From assembly GCA_964406305.1 (NCBI GenBank), contig CAYORF010000003.1, forward strand, positions 1,583 through 65,582: a stretch of 64,000 nt of DNA. Direction: 5' to 3'. How positions within the stretch are numbered: position 1 is the first letter of the stretch; every line of letters starts with the position of its first letter. Below, piece after piece: positions 34,313 to 43,756 of this stretch. Position numbers and translations under genes: made by a program. A model generated the notes under the pieces. It ran no database searches, had not been told where the DNA came from, and was given only the letters and a program-made list of their open reading frames with translations. The DNA comes from an uncultured Anaerolineales bacterium (GTDB lineage Bacteria; Chloroflexota; Anaerolineae; Anaerolineales; UBA11858).

Positions 34313-36403
34313 ATGGAAGAACCAAGTGTCCTTGATTACGTATTAGAGAAACTGACATTCTGGCGCAAAGGCAGCCTGGTGATTCCTCCTGCAGAACAGG
34401 GACCAGAACTGGTTAAGCCAACACAACCAAGAAGTGAGTACGATAGGGGTTCTTGGAAAAAATACCTGGTTTTTCTGCCAACATTATTTGCGATTATTGC
34501 CCAGATATTTGGCGAACCTGAAAATCGCTCCTCGGCCTTGATGATATTCTTTTATGCGGCAGCCGGGATAGGATTGCTGTTGCTGATCATATTTAAGAAC
34601 TGGGAGCTGGATACTCTTGTTCCTGATGAAGGAGAAGCGAGTGGTTTTTCAGTTCGCTGGATTCCGTTCCTGGTTGGCATTGGTTTTTCATCCCTGGCTT
34701 TTTTCTTTTTTACCGGTAATTTATTCAACTTCATAAATGTCACCCTCTGGATCGCAGGATTTGGATTGATCTGGTGGTCCCTCCGAATCCCTGAAGACTG
34801 GCAGGGAAAACTCAAATCTATCTGGCACAAATTCGTTACTGATGGGTTCAATGTCACTCCCTGGATGGTCTTGGTAGCTGCTGTGTTTTTGCTGGCGGGG
34901 TTTTATAGATTTTACTTACTGAACCAGGTACCACCAGAAATGTTCAGTGATCATGCGGAAAAACTGATTGATGTCACAGATGTGCTTCGAGGGAACACCT
35001 TTATATTCTTCCAGCGCAATACGGGACGGGAAGCGTTACAGATGTATCTGACCGCAGCCATGGCGAAGATCTTTGGCACTGGATTATCTTTTCTAAGTCT
35101 AAAATTGGGCACATGTTTGGCAGGTCTATTTTCCCTTCCATTTATTTATCTGCTTGGCAAGGAAATAAAGAATAAGGAAGTTGGCCTTTTGGCTATGTTC
35201 TTTGCCGGTATTGCATACTGGCCTAATGTGATTTCGAGGGTAGCCTTACGTTTTGCTCTTTATCCGGCGTTCTTAGCACCAACGATCTTTTTCCTGGTCC
35301 GCGGTATCAAAAGGAAAAAGTGGAATGATTTCCTTTATGCCGGTCTTTTTTTAGGGATCGGCCTCCATGGTTATAGTCCCTTCCGAATAGTTCCTTTTGC
35401 AGTGGTCCTGATCCTGCTGATCTATTTTTTGCATACAAAATCAAAGGATAATCGCCGCCTGGCTGTGATTGCCCTGCTGCTGGTGGGTTTGATTTCTTTG
35501 ATCGTGTTTCTACCTCTGGGGAGGTACGCTTCAATAAATTATTCATCGTTTGCTTACCGGATGCAATCCCGGATGACAGACTTGGAAACCGCTTTGCCAG
35601 GTTCTGTCCTGGCTATATTCTTTTCTAATCTTTGGAAAGCGTTGATTATGTTCCAATGGGATAATGGCCAGATCTGGGTTCATTCAGTTCCGGGTCGGCC
35701 GGCACTGGGTGTGATTTCAGCAGCGATGTTGAGTCTAGGTGTGATCTTGTTGGTGATTCGATATATAAAGAAACGGAATTGGATGGACCTGGTCTTGTTA
35801 TTGTTGATCCCATTGTTATTGTTGCCTTCTGTTCTCTCAATTGCCTTCCCTGATGAGAATCCTTCCCTGAATCGCTCAGGCGGAGCAATTATTCCGGTTT
35901 TTATCATCATTGCCATCGCCATAGAGAATCTTGTTATCAACCTTAGATCAAATATCACTGGTAGGGCAGGGAAGTGGATCTCAACGGGTATGGTTATGGT
36001 TCTAGCTGGATTTAGCATGCAAACTAATGCAAAGCTTGTATTTGTGGATTATTATCAGCAGTTCAAGTCCAGAGCCTGGAATACTTCTGAGATTGGGGCA
36101 GTGATCGAAGAGTTTGCTGACACGATCGGTGATGAAGACCATGCCTGGGTGGTTCCCTACCCTCATTGGGTAGACACACGCCTGGTGGGTATCCATGTTG
36201 TAGACCAGGTAAGAGATTTTGCCCTTTGGCAGAAAGATATCTTGGGCACAGAAATGGCAGCAGCTCCCAAACTTTACATATTCAAACCAGTCGATGAGGA
36301 AACTTACCAGATCCTGCGAGACTTATACCCTGATGGTATTATTGAGAAGTTTGAATCTGAGGTTGAAGGCCGTGATTTCATGCTTTATTATGTGCTGCAG
36401 TAA
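34313..36403 (+). CDS. Large polytopic membrane protein, ArnT/PMT (GT39/GT-C)-like
   Basis: 696 aa with more than 12 hydrophobic segments. The segment ...FYRFYLLNQVPPEMFSDHAEKLID...FGTGLSFLSLKLGTCLAGLFSLPFIYLLGKE... resembles PMT_2-type GT-C N-domains. The C-terminal 120 aa are soluble. Confidence 0.55.
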   Translation: MEEPSVLDYVLEKLTFWRKGSLVIPPAEQGPELVKPTQPRSEYDRGSWKKYLVFLPTLFAIIAQIFGEPENRSSALMIFFYAAAGIGLLLLIIFKNWELDTLVPDEGEASGFSVRWIPFLVGIGFSSLAFFFFTGNLFNFINVTLWIAGFGLIWWSLRIPEDWQGKLKSIWHKFVTDGFNVTPWMVLVAAVFLLAGFYRFYLLNQVPPEMFSDHAEKLIDVTDVLRGNTFIFFQRNTGREALQMYLTAAMAKIFGTGLSFLSLKLGTCLAGLFSLPFIYLLGKEIKNKEVGLLAMFFAGIAYWPNVISRVALRFALYPAFLAPTIFFLVRGIKRKKWNDFLYAGLFLGIGLHGYSPFRIVPFAVVLILLIYFLHTKSKDNRRLAVIALLLVGLISLIVFLPLGRYASINYSSFAYRMQSRMTDLETALPGSVLAIFFSNLWKALIMFQWDNGQIWVHSVPGRPALGVISAAMLSLGVILLVIRYIKKRNWMDLVLLLLIPLLLLPSVLSIAFPDENPSLNRSGGAIIPVFIIIAIAIENLVINLRSNITGRAGKWISTGMVMVLAGFSMQTNAKLVFVDYYQQFKSRAWNTSEIGAVIEEFADTIGDEDHAWVVPYPHWVDTRLVGIHVVDQVRDFALWQKDILGTEMAAAPKLYIFKPVDEETYQILRDLYPDGIIEKFESEVEGRDFMLYYVLQ

Positions 36404-36421
36404 ATCTGTGGCAGTTAATTT

Positions 36422-39400
36422 ATGGATATAAATACAAAATCTGACCTGAAGCGCTGGCTGACCGCAGTTCTGTTGATCCTTTTACTGTCAGCCGGGGCAT
36501 ACTTGCGTTTTGTTGGCCTCGACTGGGATGTTGAACAACATTTACATCCAGACGAACGGTTCTTAACCATGGTGGAATCCAGTTTAATTCCCGTGGACTC
36601 CGTATCTGGTTATTTTGATTCTTCCCAGTCAACCCTAAATCCAAATAACCAGGGACACAGTTTCTTTGTCTACGGCACACTGCCCATATTTATGGTCAGG
36701 TATATGGCGGAACTGGTAGGCTCGAGTGGATACGGCAGCGTATACCTGGTCGGCCGGGCAATGTCCGCGGTCATGGATTTATTGTCGGTAGTGCTGGTGT
36801 TTTTTATTGGTACCCGTCTTTATAACCGGCGAGTAGGGATCCTTGGAGCTGCTTTTTCCGCTTTTGCGGTCCTCCAAATACAACAATCCCATTTCTTTAC
36901 GGTCGATACATTTACGACTTTTTTCACCCTGCTGGCAGTATATTTTGCGGTTGAAGTGATCACCGGGAAAAAAGAGCGGGTTGATTTGATATTTTACCTG
37001 TTGTTTGGTGTAGCCTTGGGAATGGCGGTTGCCTCTAAGATCAATGCTGCCCCTGTTGCCATCACCCTGCCAATAGCAGCAGTGGTTTACTGGCTAGGGC
37101 TGGACGATGAGAAAAAAGAAAAGCAGGGTCCCAAGATCTTCTTTTTCCTTATTCTGGCAGCATTAACCAGTTTGGTTACATTCCGGATTTGTCAACCCTA
37201 TGCTTTTAATGGACCTGGCTTCTTTAATGTGGGTTTGAATGAAACTTGGGTTTCGGGGATGAGATCACTCCATGCTCAAACCTCTGGAGATGTTGATTAC
37301 CCGCCAGCACTGCAGTGGGCCAGGCGTCCGATCTGGTTCTCCCTCCAGAATATGGTGATCTGGGGTCTGGGTATTCCATTAGGCTTGTTGGGCTGGTCCG
37401 GATTTGCCTGGATGGGATGGAAGATCTTTACCAAGCGAGCCTGGAAACCCCACCTGGTATTGTGGACCTGGACAGGGTTGTATTTCGTTTGGCAATCCAG
37501 GCAGTGGAACAGCACCATGCGTTACCAGCTTCCTATCTACCCTTTGCTGGCAGTTTTTGCAGCCTGGATCCTGATAGAGGCCTGGGATACTCTCAAAGAA
37601 GGAAAGTTTAAGATAGGCGGCAAGGGCCTGTCACAAGGCTTGATGAAGTCACTTATCATAGCCATCGGGGTATTTTCCCTGTTATTCACTGCGGGTTGGG
37701 CGTTTGCCTTTTCCCGAATATACACTGATCCTCAGCCCCGAGTGGCTGCAACGCGCTGGATCTTTGAGAATATACCCGGCGCAGCCACATTGATAGTGGA
37801 GGATGAGGGTGAAAGCCATCAACAGTTACTTTCTTACCCTACAGGATTGATCATTCAGGGCGATTCCGGTTGGCTGGCCAGTTTCGATTCCAAGTTTGAT
37901 GGCCAAGTAACCTCCCTGTCTTTCCCGCATATCATAAACCAAAACCCTTCGGTCTCGCCGCTGACCATCAAGATCATGCTAAACGATTCATCCGGCCAGA
38001 CCCTGTCAGAAGAAACAGGTATATTCACCTCCGAGGAAGGTTCTTCTTCAGGATCAATAACCTTTACTGATCCAGTTTCGGTCATTGCCGGTGAAGTGTA
38101 TCAACTCTGGGTGACTGTCTTGGACCCGGCTGGAGCGATCAGTATCCAGGGAACCGGAATTGCTAATGAGAGTTCCTGGGATGACGGAATTCCCCTTCGG
38201 ATGGAAGGATATGATCCCTTTGGAGGAATCTATCGGGGAGGTCTGAATTTTGAATTGTACTGGGATGACAATCCAGAAAAACTGGATCGGTTTCTTTCCA
38301 CTCTGAACCAGTCGGACTACATAATGATCACTTCCAGCCGGCAGTGGGCTACAACCACCCGGGTTCCAGAAAGATATCCGCTGACATCCGAGTATTACCG
38401 CCAACTTATGGGGTGTCCGGTTGATATCAGTATTGAAAATTGTTATAACCAAGCCCGACCTGGTGATTTCGAGGGATTCCTGGGATTCGAGCTGATCGAA
38501 ACATTCCAAAATAACCCCACTATTGGGCTGATCGAGATCAATGACCAGCCCGCAGAGGAAGCCTTTACTGTATATGACCATCCGAAGGTTTTTATCTTCC
38601 AGAAAACTGATGATTTTTCACTAAGCAGTGCAGCCAAGATCCTGTCTGCAGTGGATTTGAGCAAAGTGATCCATATCACGCCAAAACAAGCTGATAACCA
38701 CCCGGGAAATTTACTGCTGCCGCTTGATCGCCTGGCTGAGCAGCGGGAAGGTGGAACCTGGAGCGATTTCTTTGATTTTGATTCCCTCCAGAATAAATAC
38801 CAGGTCGTAGGGGTGATTATTTGGTATGCAGCTGTATTCCTGATCGGTTTACTGGTATACCCTTTAATGCGGTTGGTTTTACCCGGATTAAGTGATAAAG
38901 GGTATCCCCTGGCCCGCACCTTTGGGCTATTGATCCTGTCTTATCTGGTCTGGCTGACTGGGTCTGCTGGCATTCCTTTCCTGAGAAGCACCATTCTGGG
39001 TGTGTTATTCCTGTTAGCCTGTGCTGGCCTGTATGCGGGTTACCGCCAAAGGGAAGAATTGCTGCAAGAATGGAAGGGAGCCAAGCGCTATTATCTGACC
39101 ATCGAGATCATAGCCCTGGCACTGTTTGTGATCGCAATCTTGATCCGGTACGGAAATCCTGACCTGTGGCATCCCTGGAAAGGCGGCGAAAGGCCGATGG
39201 ATTTCTCTTATTTCAATGCGGTATTAAAGAGTACGACCTTCCCCCCCTATGATCCCTGGTTTGCGGGTGGATATATCAATTATTACTACTACGGATTTGT
39301 GTTTGTTGGCGTTCTGACCAAGCTGCTGGGAATTGTGCCCTCATTTGCCTATAATCTGATCCTTCCTACGATATTTATGACCCTTGGCTTAGGAGCTTTT

Positions 39401-41236
39401 TCTCTGGCCTGGAACCTATTAGATGGAAACACCACTGAGCACAAACTCCATGACTCGCCTTATCTTGCCGGCGGCTCGGGTGTTTTAGGCCTGGCAATTT
39501 TTGGTAATCTGGGAGTGATCCAGATGGTGTTTAGAGGGTTGCAGCGGCTGGCATCCGCAGGAATGAATGTTGTTGATGGTAATATTTTCCAGCGGTTTAA
39601 ATGGACCCTGCTGGGGTTTGTCCAGCTTTTTTATACACCAACGCTACATTACAGGTTGGATGAATGGTATTGGAATCCCAGCCGGGTGATTGGTGGTGAA
39701 CATGGCGGACCGATCACAGAATTCCCCTTTTTCACCTTCCTTTACGGGGATCCCCACGCCCACTTTATATCTCTTCCACTGACTGTTTTAGCATTTGCCT
39801 GGATGTTGTCGATCATTAAATCAACCCGCCAAAAGGGAATTAACAAATATAGTTTTGGGAACTTGATCGGGGTAACTTTGTTTGGCGGATTAGCTGTTGG
39901 GGTTCTGCGCCCGACAAATACATGGGATTTTTATCCCTACCTGGCCCTGGGAGCTGCTGCACTGATCTATGCTTGGTGGCAGGAAAGTAAAGAGCAAGGA
40001 TATAACTGGGTCCAACCTGCGCTGCGATTGCTGCTGTTCCTTGGTTTTGCTTTTATCACTTTTCAGCCTTATGCAAACTGGTATGGAGAAGGATATACCA
40101 GTATCAAACCCTGGTTCGGGACCCATACACCGCTGGGTGAGTATTTCACTCATTGGGGATTCTTCCTATTGATCCTGGTCAGTTGGATGTTTGCGGAAAC
40201 TGTGGATTGGATGGCAAAAACGCCTGTATCAGCGTTAAGGGAATTAAAAAAATATAGGGAGCTGATCATAGCCGGCCTCCTGATAATGATAGTGATCATA
40301 GTCAGCTTTGGAGTCACACTCGAGAATGATTTTACTCTGGGTGGTTTCACTCTCGTCGGTGGTGGGGTTCATATCATATGGTTCGTCCTTCCAGTCATGG
40401 CTTGGGCACTGGTATTGATATTCCGGCCAGGGCAAACCCTCATGAAAGGAACTGTTTTATTCCTGATTGGTACCAGCTTGGCGATCACCCTCATGGTTGA
40501 ACTGGTGTATGTGGAAGGGGACATCGGCCGGATGAACACAGTGTTTAAGTTCTACCTGCAGGCCTGGACCTTTATGGCCGTCAGCGCCGCTGCAGCTCTC
40601 TGCTGGCTGATACCCATGGCAAAAGACTGGAAATCACCCTTCCGGATCACCTGGCGCGTTCTATTTTTGATCTTGCTGTCGGGTGCTGCACTCTATCCAA
40701 TTTTGGGAAGTGTGGCTAAAATCAAAGACCGGATGGTGATAGACGCCCCCCATACTTTGGACGGCATGGAGTTTATGAGGTATGCAACCTATCACGATCT
40801 GGATACGGCCATGGATCTATCCCAGGATTATGAAGCGATCCGTTGGGTTCAGGACAATATTCAGGGTTCCCCCGTTATTGTGGAAGCCAATCAGGTTGAA
40901 TACCACTGGGCCACAAGGTACACTGTATATACTGGGCTGCCGGGTGTTGTGGGGTGGAATTGGCACCAACGTCAACAGCGGACCCTAACACCCCATGACT
41001 GGATCTTTTCCAGGGTGGAGGACGTGAACATCTTTTATGATACAGCTGATTTGACAGCTGCCAGGGATTTCCTTGAGAAGTATCATGTCAGCTATATTAT
41101 TGTTGGCCAACTGGAGCGCGCCAAATATCTTCCAGAAGGTATAAATAAATTTGAACAAGGCCTTGGCACCCTCTGGCAGGTAGTTTATCAGAGCCAGGAC
41201 ACTACTATATATCAAACGATCTCAGTAGCTGATTAG
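36422..41236 (+). CDS. Giant (1604 aa) polytopic fusion protein: N-terminal PMT/ArnT-like GT-C module, soluble middle region, C-terminal DUF2298 ('Chlor_Arch_YYY') module
   Basis: The N-terminal first loop is RFVGLDWDVEQHLHPDERFLTMV (DE dipeptide). About 300 aa of non-hydrophobic sequence lie mid-protein. The C-terminal half carries DPWFAGGYINYYYYGFVF (nt 39281-39292 encode YYYY), EFPFFTFLYGDPHAH and FKFYLQAW. Confidence 0.7.
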   Translation: MDINTKSDLKRWLTAVLLILLLSAGAYLRFVGLDWDVEQHLHPDERFLTMVESSLIPVDSVSGYFDSSQSTLNPNNQGHSFFVYGTLPIFMVRYMAELVGSSGYGSVYLVGRAMSAVMDLLSVVLVFFIGTRLYNRRVGILGAAFSAFAVLQIQQSHFFTVDTFTTFFTLLAVYFAVEVITGKKERVDLIFYLLFGVALGMAVASKINAAPVAITLPIAAVVYWLGLDDEKKEKQGPKIFFFLILAALTSLVTFRICQPYAFNGPGFFNVGLNETWVSGMRSLHAQTSGDVDYPPALQWARRPIWFSLQNMVIWGLGIPLGLLGWSGFAWMGWKIFTKRAWKPHLVLWTWTGLYFVWQSRQWNSTMRYQLPIYPLLAVFAAWILIEAWDTLKEGKFKIGGKGLSQGLMKSLIIAIGVFSLLFTAGWAFAFSRIYTDPQPRVAATRWIFENIPGAATLIVEDEGESHQQLLSYPTGLIIQGDSGWLASFDSKFDGQVTSLSFPHIINQNPSVSPLTIKIMLNDSSGQTLSEETGIFTSEEGSSSGSITFTDPVSVIAGEVYQLWVTVLDPAGAISIQGTGIANESSWDDGIPLRMEGYDPFGGIYRGGLNFELYWDDNPEKLDRFLSTLNQSDYIMITSSRQWATTTRVPERYPLTSEYYRQLMGCPVDISIENCYNQARPGDFEGFLGFELIETFQNNPTIGLIEINDQPAEEAFTVYDHPKVFIFQKTDDFSLSSAAKILSAVDLSKVIHITPKQADNHPGNLLLPLDRLAEQREGGTWSDFFDFDSLQNKYQVVGVIIWYAAVFLIGLLVYPLMRLVLPGLSDKGYPLARTFGLLILSYLVWLTGSAGIPFLRSTILGVLFLLACAGLYAGYRQREELLQEWKGAKRYYLTIEIIALALFVIAILIRYGNPDLWHPWKGGERPMDFSYFNAVLKSTTFPPYDPWFAGGYINYYYYGFVFVGVLTKLLGIVPSFAYNLILPTIFMTLGLGAFSLAWNLLDGNTTEHKLHDSPYLAGGSGVLGLAIFGNLGVIQMVFRGLQRLASAGMNVVDGNIFQRFKWTLLGFVQLFYTPTLHYRLDEWYWNPSRVIGGEHGGPITEFPFFTFLYGDPHAHFISLPLTVLAFAWMLSIIKSTRQKGINKYSFGNLIGVTLFGGLAVGVLRPTNTWDFYPYLALGAAALIYAWWQESKEQGYNWVQPALRLLLFLGFAFITFQPYANWYGEGYTSIKPWFGTHTPLGEYFTHWGFFLLILVSWMFAETVDWMAKTPVSALRELKKYRELIIAGLLIMIVIIVSFGVTLENDFTLGGFTLVGGGVHIIWFVLPVMAWALVLIFRPGQTLMKGTVLFLIGTSLAITLMVELVYVEGDIGRMNTVFKFYLQAWTFMAVSAAAALCWLIPMAKDWKSPFRITWRVLFLILLSGAALYPILGSVAKIKDRMVIDAPHTLDGMEFMRYATYHDLDTAMDLSQDYEAIRWVQDNIQGSPVIVEANQVEYHWATRYTVYTGLPGVVGWNWHQRQQRTLTPHDWIFSRVEDVNIFYDTADLTAARDFLEKYHVSYIIVGQLERAKYLPEGINKFEQGLGTLWQVVYQSQDTTIYQTISVAD

Positions 41237-41244
41237 GAAATATT

Positions 41245-43719
41245 ATGCTTGATTTTATAGCCTGGTATGTGCTTGTCACTGCTCTGGGATGGATAGTTTT
41301 TCCCTTGTTATTTCACACGCTCTCTGACATCCCGGGTCGCGGTTTCACCTTCTCGAAAATTTTCGGTTTATTATTCTGGGGTTATTTATACTGGATCCTG
41401 GGACGGCTGGGATTTACAGCTAATAATTTAGCTGGCCTGGTCTTTACTTTACTCTTGGTTATCGGATCCTGCCTTCTGATTCTACGAAAGAATGGGATTT
41501 CAGATTTGCGAGATTGGATTCGATCCAGCTGGCGTTTGATCATAACCACTGAGCTCCTCTTCCTGGTGGCATTTGTGGGCTGGGCTTTAATCCGGTCATT
41601 GAACCCAGAGATTTTGGGGACTGAAAAGCCGATGGAACTGGCATTTATCAATGCTATCTTGCATTCAGACACGATGCCTCCCAATGATCCCTGGCTGTCT
41701 GGTTATGCTATATCTTATTATTACTTTGGCTATGTGCTGGTTGCCATGTTGGCCAAGTTTGCCGGCACGCTCGGAAGTGTTGCCTTCAACCTGGGAGTAT
41801 CACTAACTTTTGCGCTGGCTGCAGTGGGATCTTTCGGGGTTTTATATAACTTGCTGGCATTGAGGACAAGCCAAAAAACCTCTCAACTACTACCGGCTTT
41901 ATTAGGGCCATTTTTCACCCTGATCCTCAGCAACTGGGAAGGTTTTCTACACTATCTACACTCTACAGGTCTTTTCTGGCGAGGATTGCCTGACCAGGCC
42001 AGTTCGCCTTTTTGGAATTGGTTGGATATCCAGAACCTGGTAAATCCACCCAATGGAGACTCCTTCGGCCATTGGTGGTGGTGGCGTGCTTCCCGAGTGA
42101 TCCAGGATTATGATTTTTCTGGTTTTGGCAGAGAAGTGATCAGCGAATTCCCGCTGTTTTCATTCTTGCTTTCAGACCTTCACCCCCATGTATTATCGAT
42201 TCCTTATGTATTCCTGATCCTGGGTTTTGGCCTGGCCCTTTACCTGCGCCCCAAGGGTAAATCGTTCCGCTGGATCACATTAGTACCCATTGAAATTTCC
42301 CCGCTTTTCTTCCTGATCCTGGCCTGGTTGGCAGGGGGGATGGCTTTTCTGAATACTTGGAACTTTCCTGTGTATGTCGGTATACTAGCCGGAGTTTATG
42401 CCTTGCGCAATCAGCGAGAGCGGACTAATTGGCAGACTGCTGATATAGTCAAAGATTTCCTGTTCTTCGGTGCGACACTGGGTCTGACCGGTGGGTTATT
42501 GTACCTTCCCTGGTACTTTGGGTTTGCTTCCCAAGCTGGCGGTCTCATCCCCAATGTCTTATATATCACCAAGGGAAACCAATTCTGGGTCATGTTCGGG
42601 CCGTTATTGGTACCCATATTTGCCTGGTTGATCACAGCTTGGAAGAAAGCTGAACCCGCTGGCAATAAGGTTGCTGGTTTGGCGCTGACAGGATTACTGA
42701 TTCTGGGTCTATTATTACTTATGCTGTTGATGGTTGGGCTGCTGGCCTGGTTCCCGCTGCGGGCGGACGGTGCTGAATTGCTTTCTCTATTCCTGAATTC
42801 TGTCGGCGGTCTGGAAATCAACCAGGTCCTGATAGAAGGCTTGCGGCGTAGAGTTATGATCCCTGGGACTCTGATCACTCTTATAGCACTCTCAACTCTG
42901 GGATGGGGGTTGATCTTTTATAAAAGGACCGAGGAAAAGAACAAGATCCATCTACCCGAAAAATCCGCCAATAATTTTGTTTTGGTATTAATCATCGCTG
43001 GAATGGCGCTGGTGTTATTTCCTGAGTTCATATTCCTAAAAGATCTGTTTGGATACAGGATCAATACGATATTTAAGTTCTACTACCAAGCCTGGTTATT
43101 ATGGAGTATTGCGGCTGCCTATGGCACGGTTAGATTAATTCAATCCCTGAGAACACCCTGGCGGTATCTGATATATAGTGGATTAGTCCTATCGATGCTG
43201 ATGGGTCTGTTTTACACGATGCTTGGTTTACAAACCAAGACCAATAACTTCACCAGGGAGGCCGGATTATCTTTGGACGGGGCTTCTTTATATCCGGCTT
43301 CCGATTATGAGGCTGTCGAATGGCTCAGGAACGAGCCCAGTGGAGTGATAGCTGAAGCAGCAGGCGAAAGCTATTCAACTGCCCATTCCCGTTTGGCTAC
43401 CTATACCGGGAATACAACTATCCTGGGATGGGATTTCCATGAGGTCCAGTGGCGCGGAAATGCTGAACTGGTTAACCCCCGAAAAGAAGACCTGATCACA
43501 CTCTACTGCACCCATCAATGGGAGGCAGCAAAAAATTTACTGGAAAAGTATAACGTTCTTTACCTGGCGATTGGTGACGTGGAATATACAAAATATGCCG
43601 TCGGCAGTGAGAATTGCCCTAACGGATTGAACGCAGATAAGTTCATTATGCATCTCCAGCCTGTATTCCAAAATGAAAGGCTGACGATCTTCGAGGTACC
43701 ACCAGCTTCTTCTTATTAA
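41245..43719 (+). CDS. DUF2298 ('Chlor_Arch_YYY') polytopic membrane protein, paralogue of the C-terminal half of the preceding gene
   Basis: DPWLSGYAISYYYFGYVL (YYY encoded at 41716-41724), EFPLFSFLLSDLHPH, FKFYYQAW and the C-terminal YNVLYLAIGDVEYTKY align motif-for-motif with the upstream 1604-aa protein. Confidence 0.7.
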   Translation: MLDFIAWYVLVTALGWIVFPLLFHTLSDIPGRGFTFSKIFGLLFWGYLYWILGRLGFTANNLAGLVFTLLLVIGSCLLILRKNGISDLRDWIRSSWRLIITTELLFLVAFVGWALIRSLNPEILGTEKPMELAFINAILHSDTMPPNDPWLSGYAISYYYFGYVLVAMLAKFAGTLGSVAFNLGVSLTFALAAVGSFGVLYNLLALRTSQKTSQLLPALLGPFFTLILSNWEGFLHYLHSTGLFWRGLPDQASSPFWNWLDIQNLVNPPNGDSFGHWWWWRASRVIQDYDFSGFGREVISEFPLFSFLLSDLHPHVLSIPYVFLILGFGLALYLRPKGKSFRWITLVPIEISPLFFLILAWLAGGMAFLNTWNFPVYVGILAGVYALRNQRERTNWQTADIVKDFLFFGATLGLTGGLLYLPWYFGFASQAGGLIPNVLYITKGNQFWVMFGPLLVPIFAWLITAWKKAEPAGNKVAGLALTGLLILGLLLLMLLMVGLLAWFPLRADGAELLSLFLNSVGGLEINQVLIEGLRRRVMIPGTLITLIALSTLGWGLIFYKRTEEKNKIHLPEKSANNFVLVLIIAGMALVLFPEFIFLKDLFGYRINTIFKFYYQAWLLWSIAAAYGTVRLIQSLRTPWRYLIYSGLVLSMLMGLFYTMLGLQTKTNNFTREAGLSLDGASLYPASDYEAVEWLRNEPSGVIAEAAGESYSTAHSRLATYTGNTTILGWDFHEVQWRGNAELVNPRKEDLITLYCTHQWEAAKNLLEKYNVLYLAIGDVEYTKYAVGSENCPNGLNADKFIMHLQPVFQNERLTIFEVPPASSY

Positions 43720-43756
43720 ATACAAGTGCAGGAAACCAGAAAATAACTCGACTGGA

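Noticed and set aside
38054-38919. Minus-strand ORFs of 175 aa and 158 aa inside the 1604-aa gene; similar long antisense ORFs at 48452-49099, 54574-55134, 56682-57176, 14453-14980 and 42411-42878
   Set aside because: All are fully nested antisense to long ORFs with strong family motifs. None has a recognisable motif or an SD/start context, and all have skewed Ser/Arg/Pro-rich composition typical of antisense frames.
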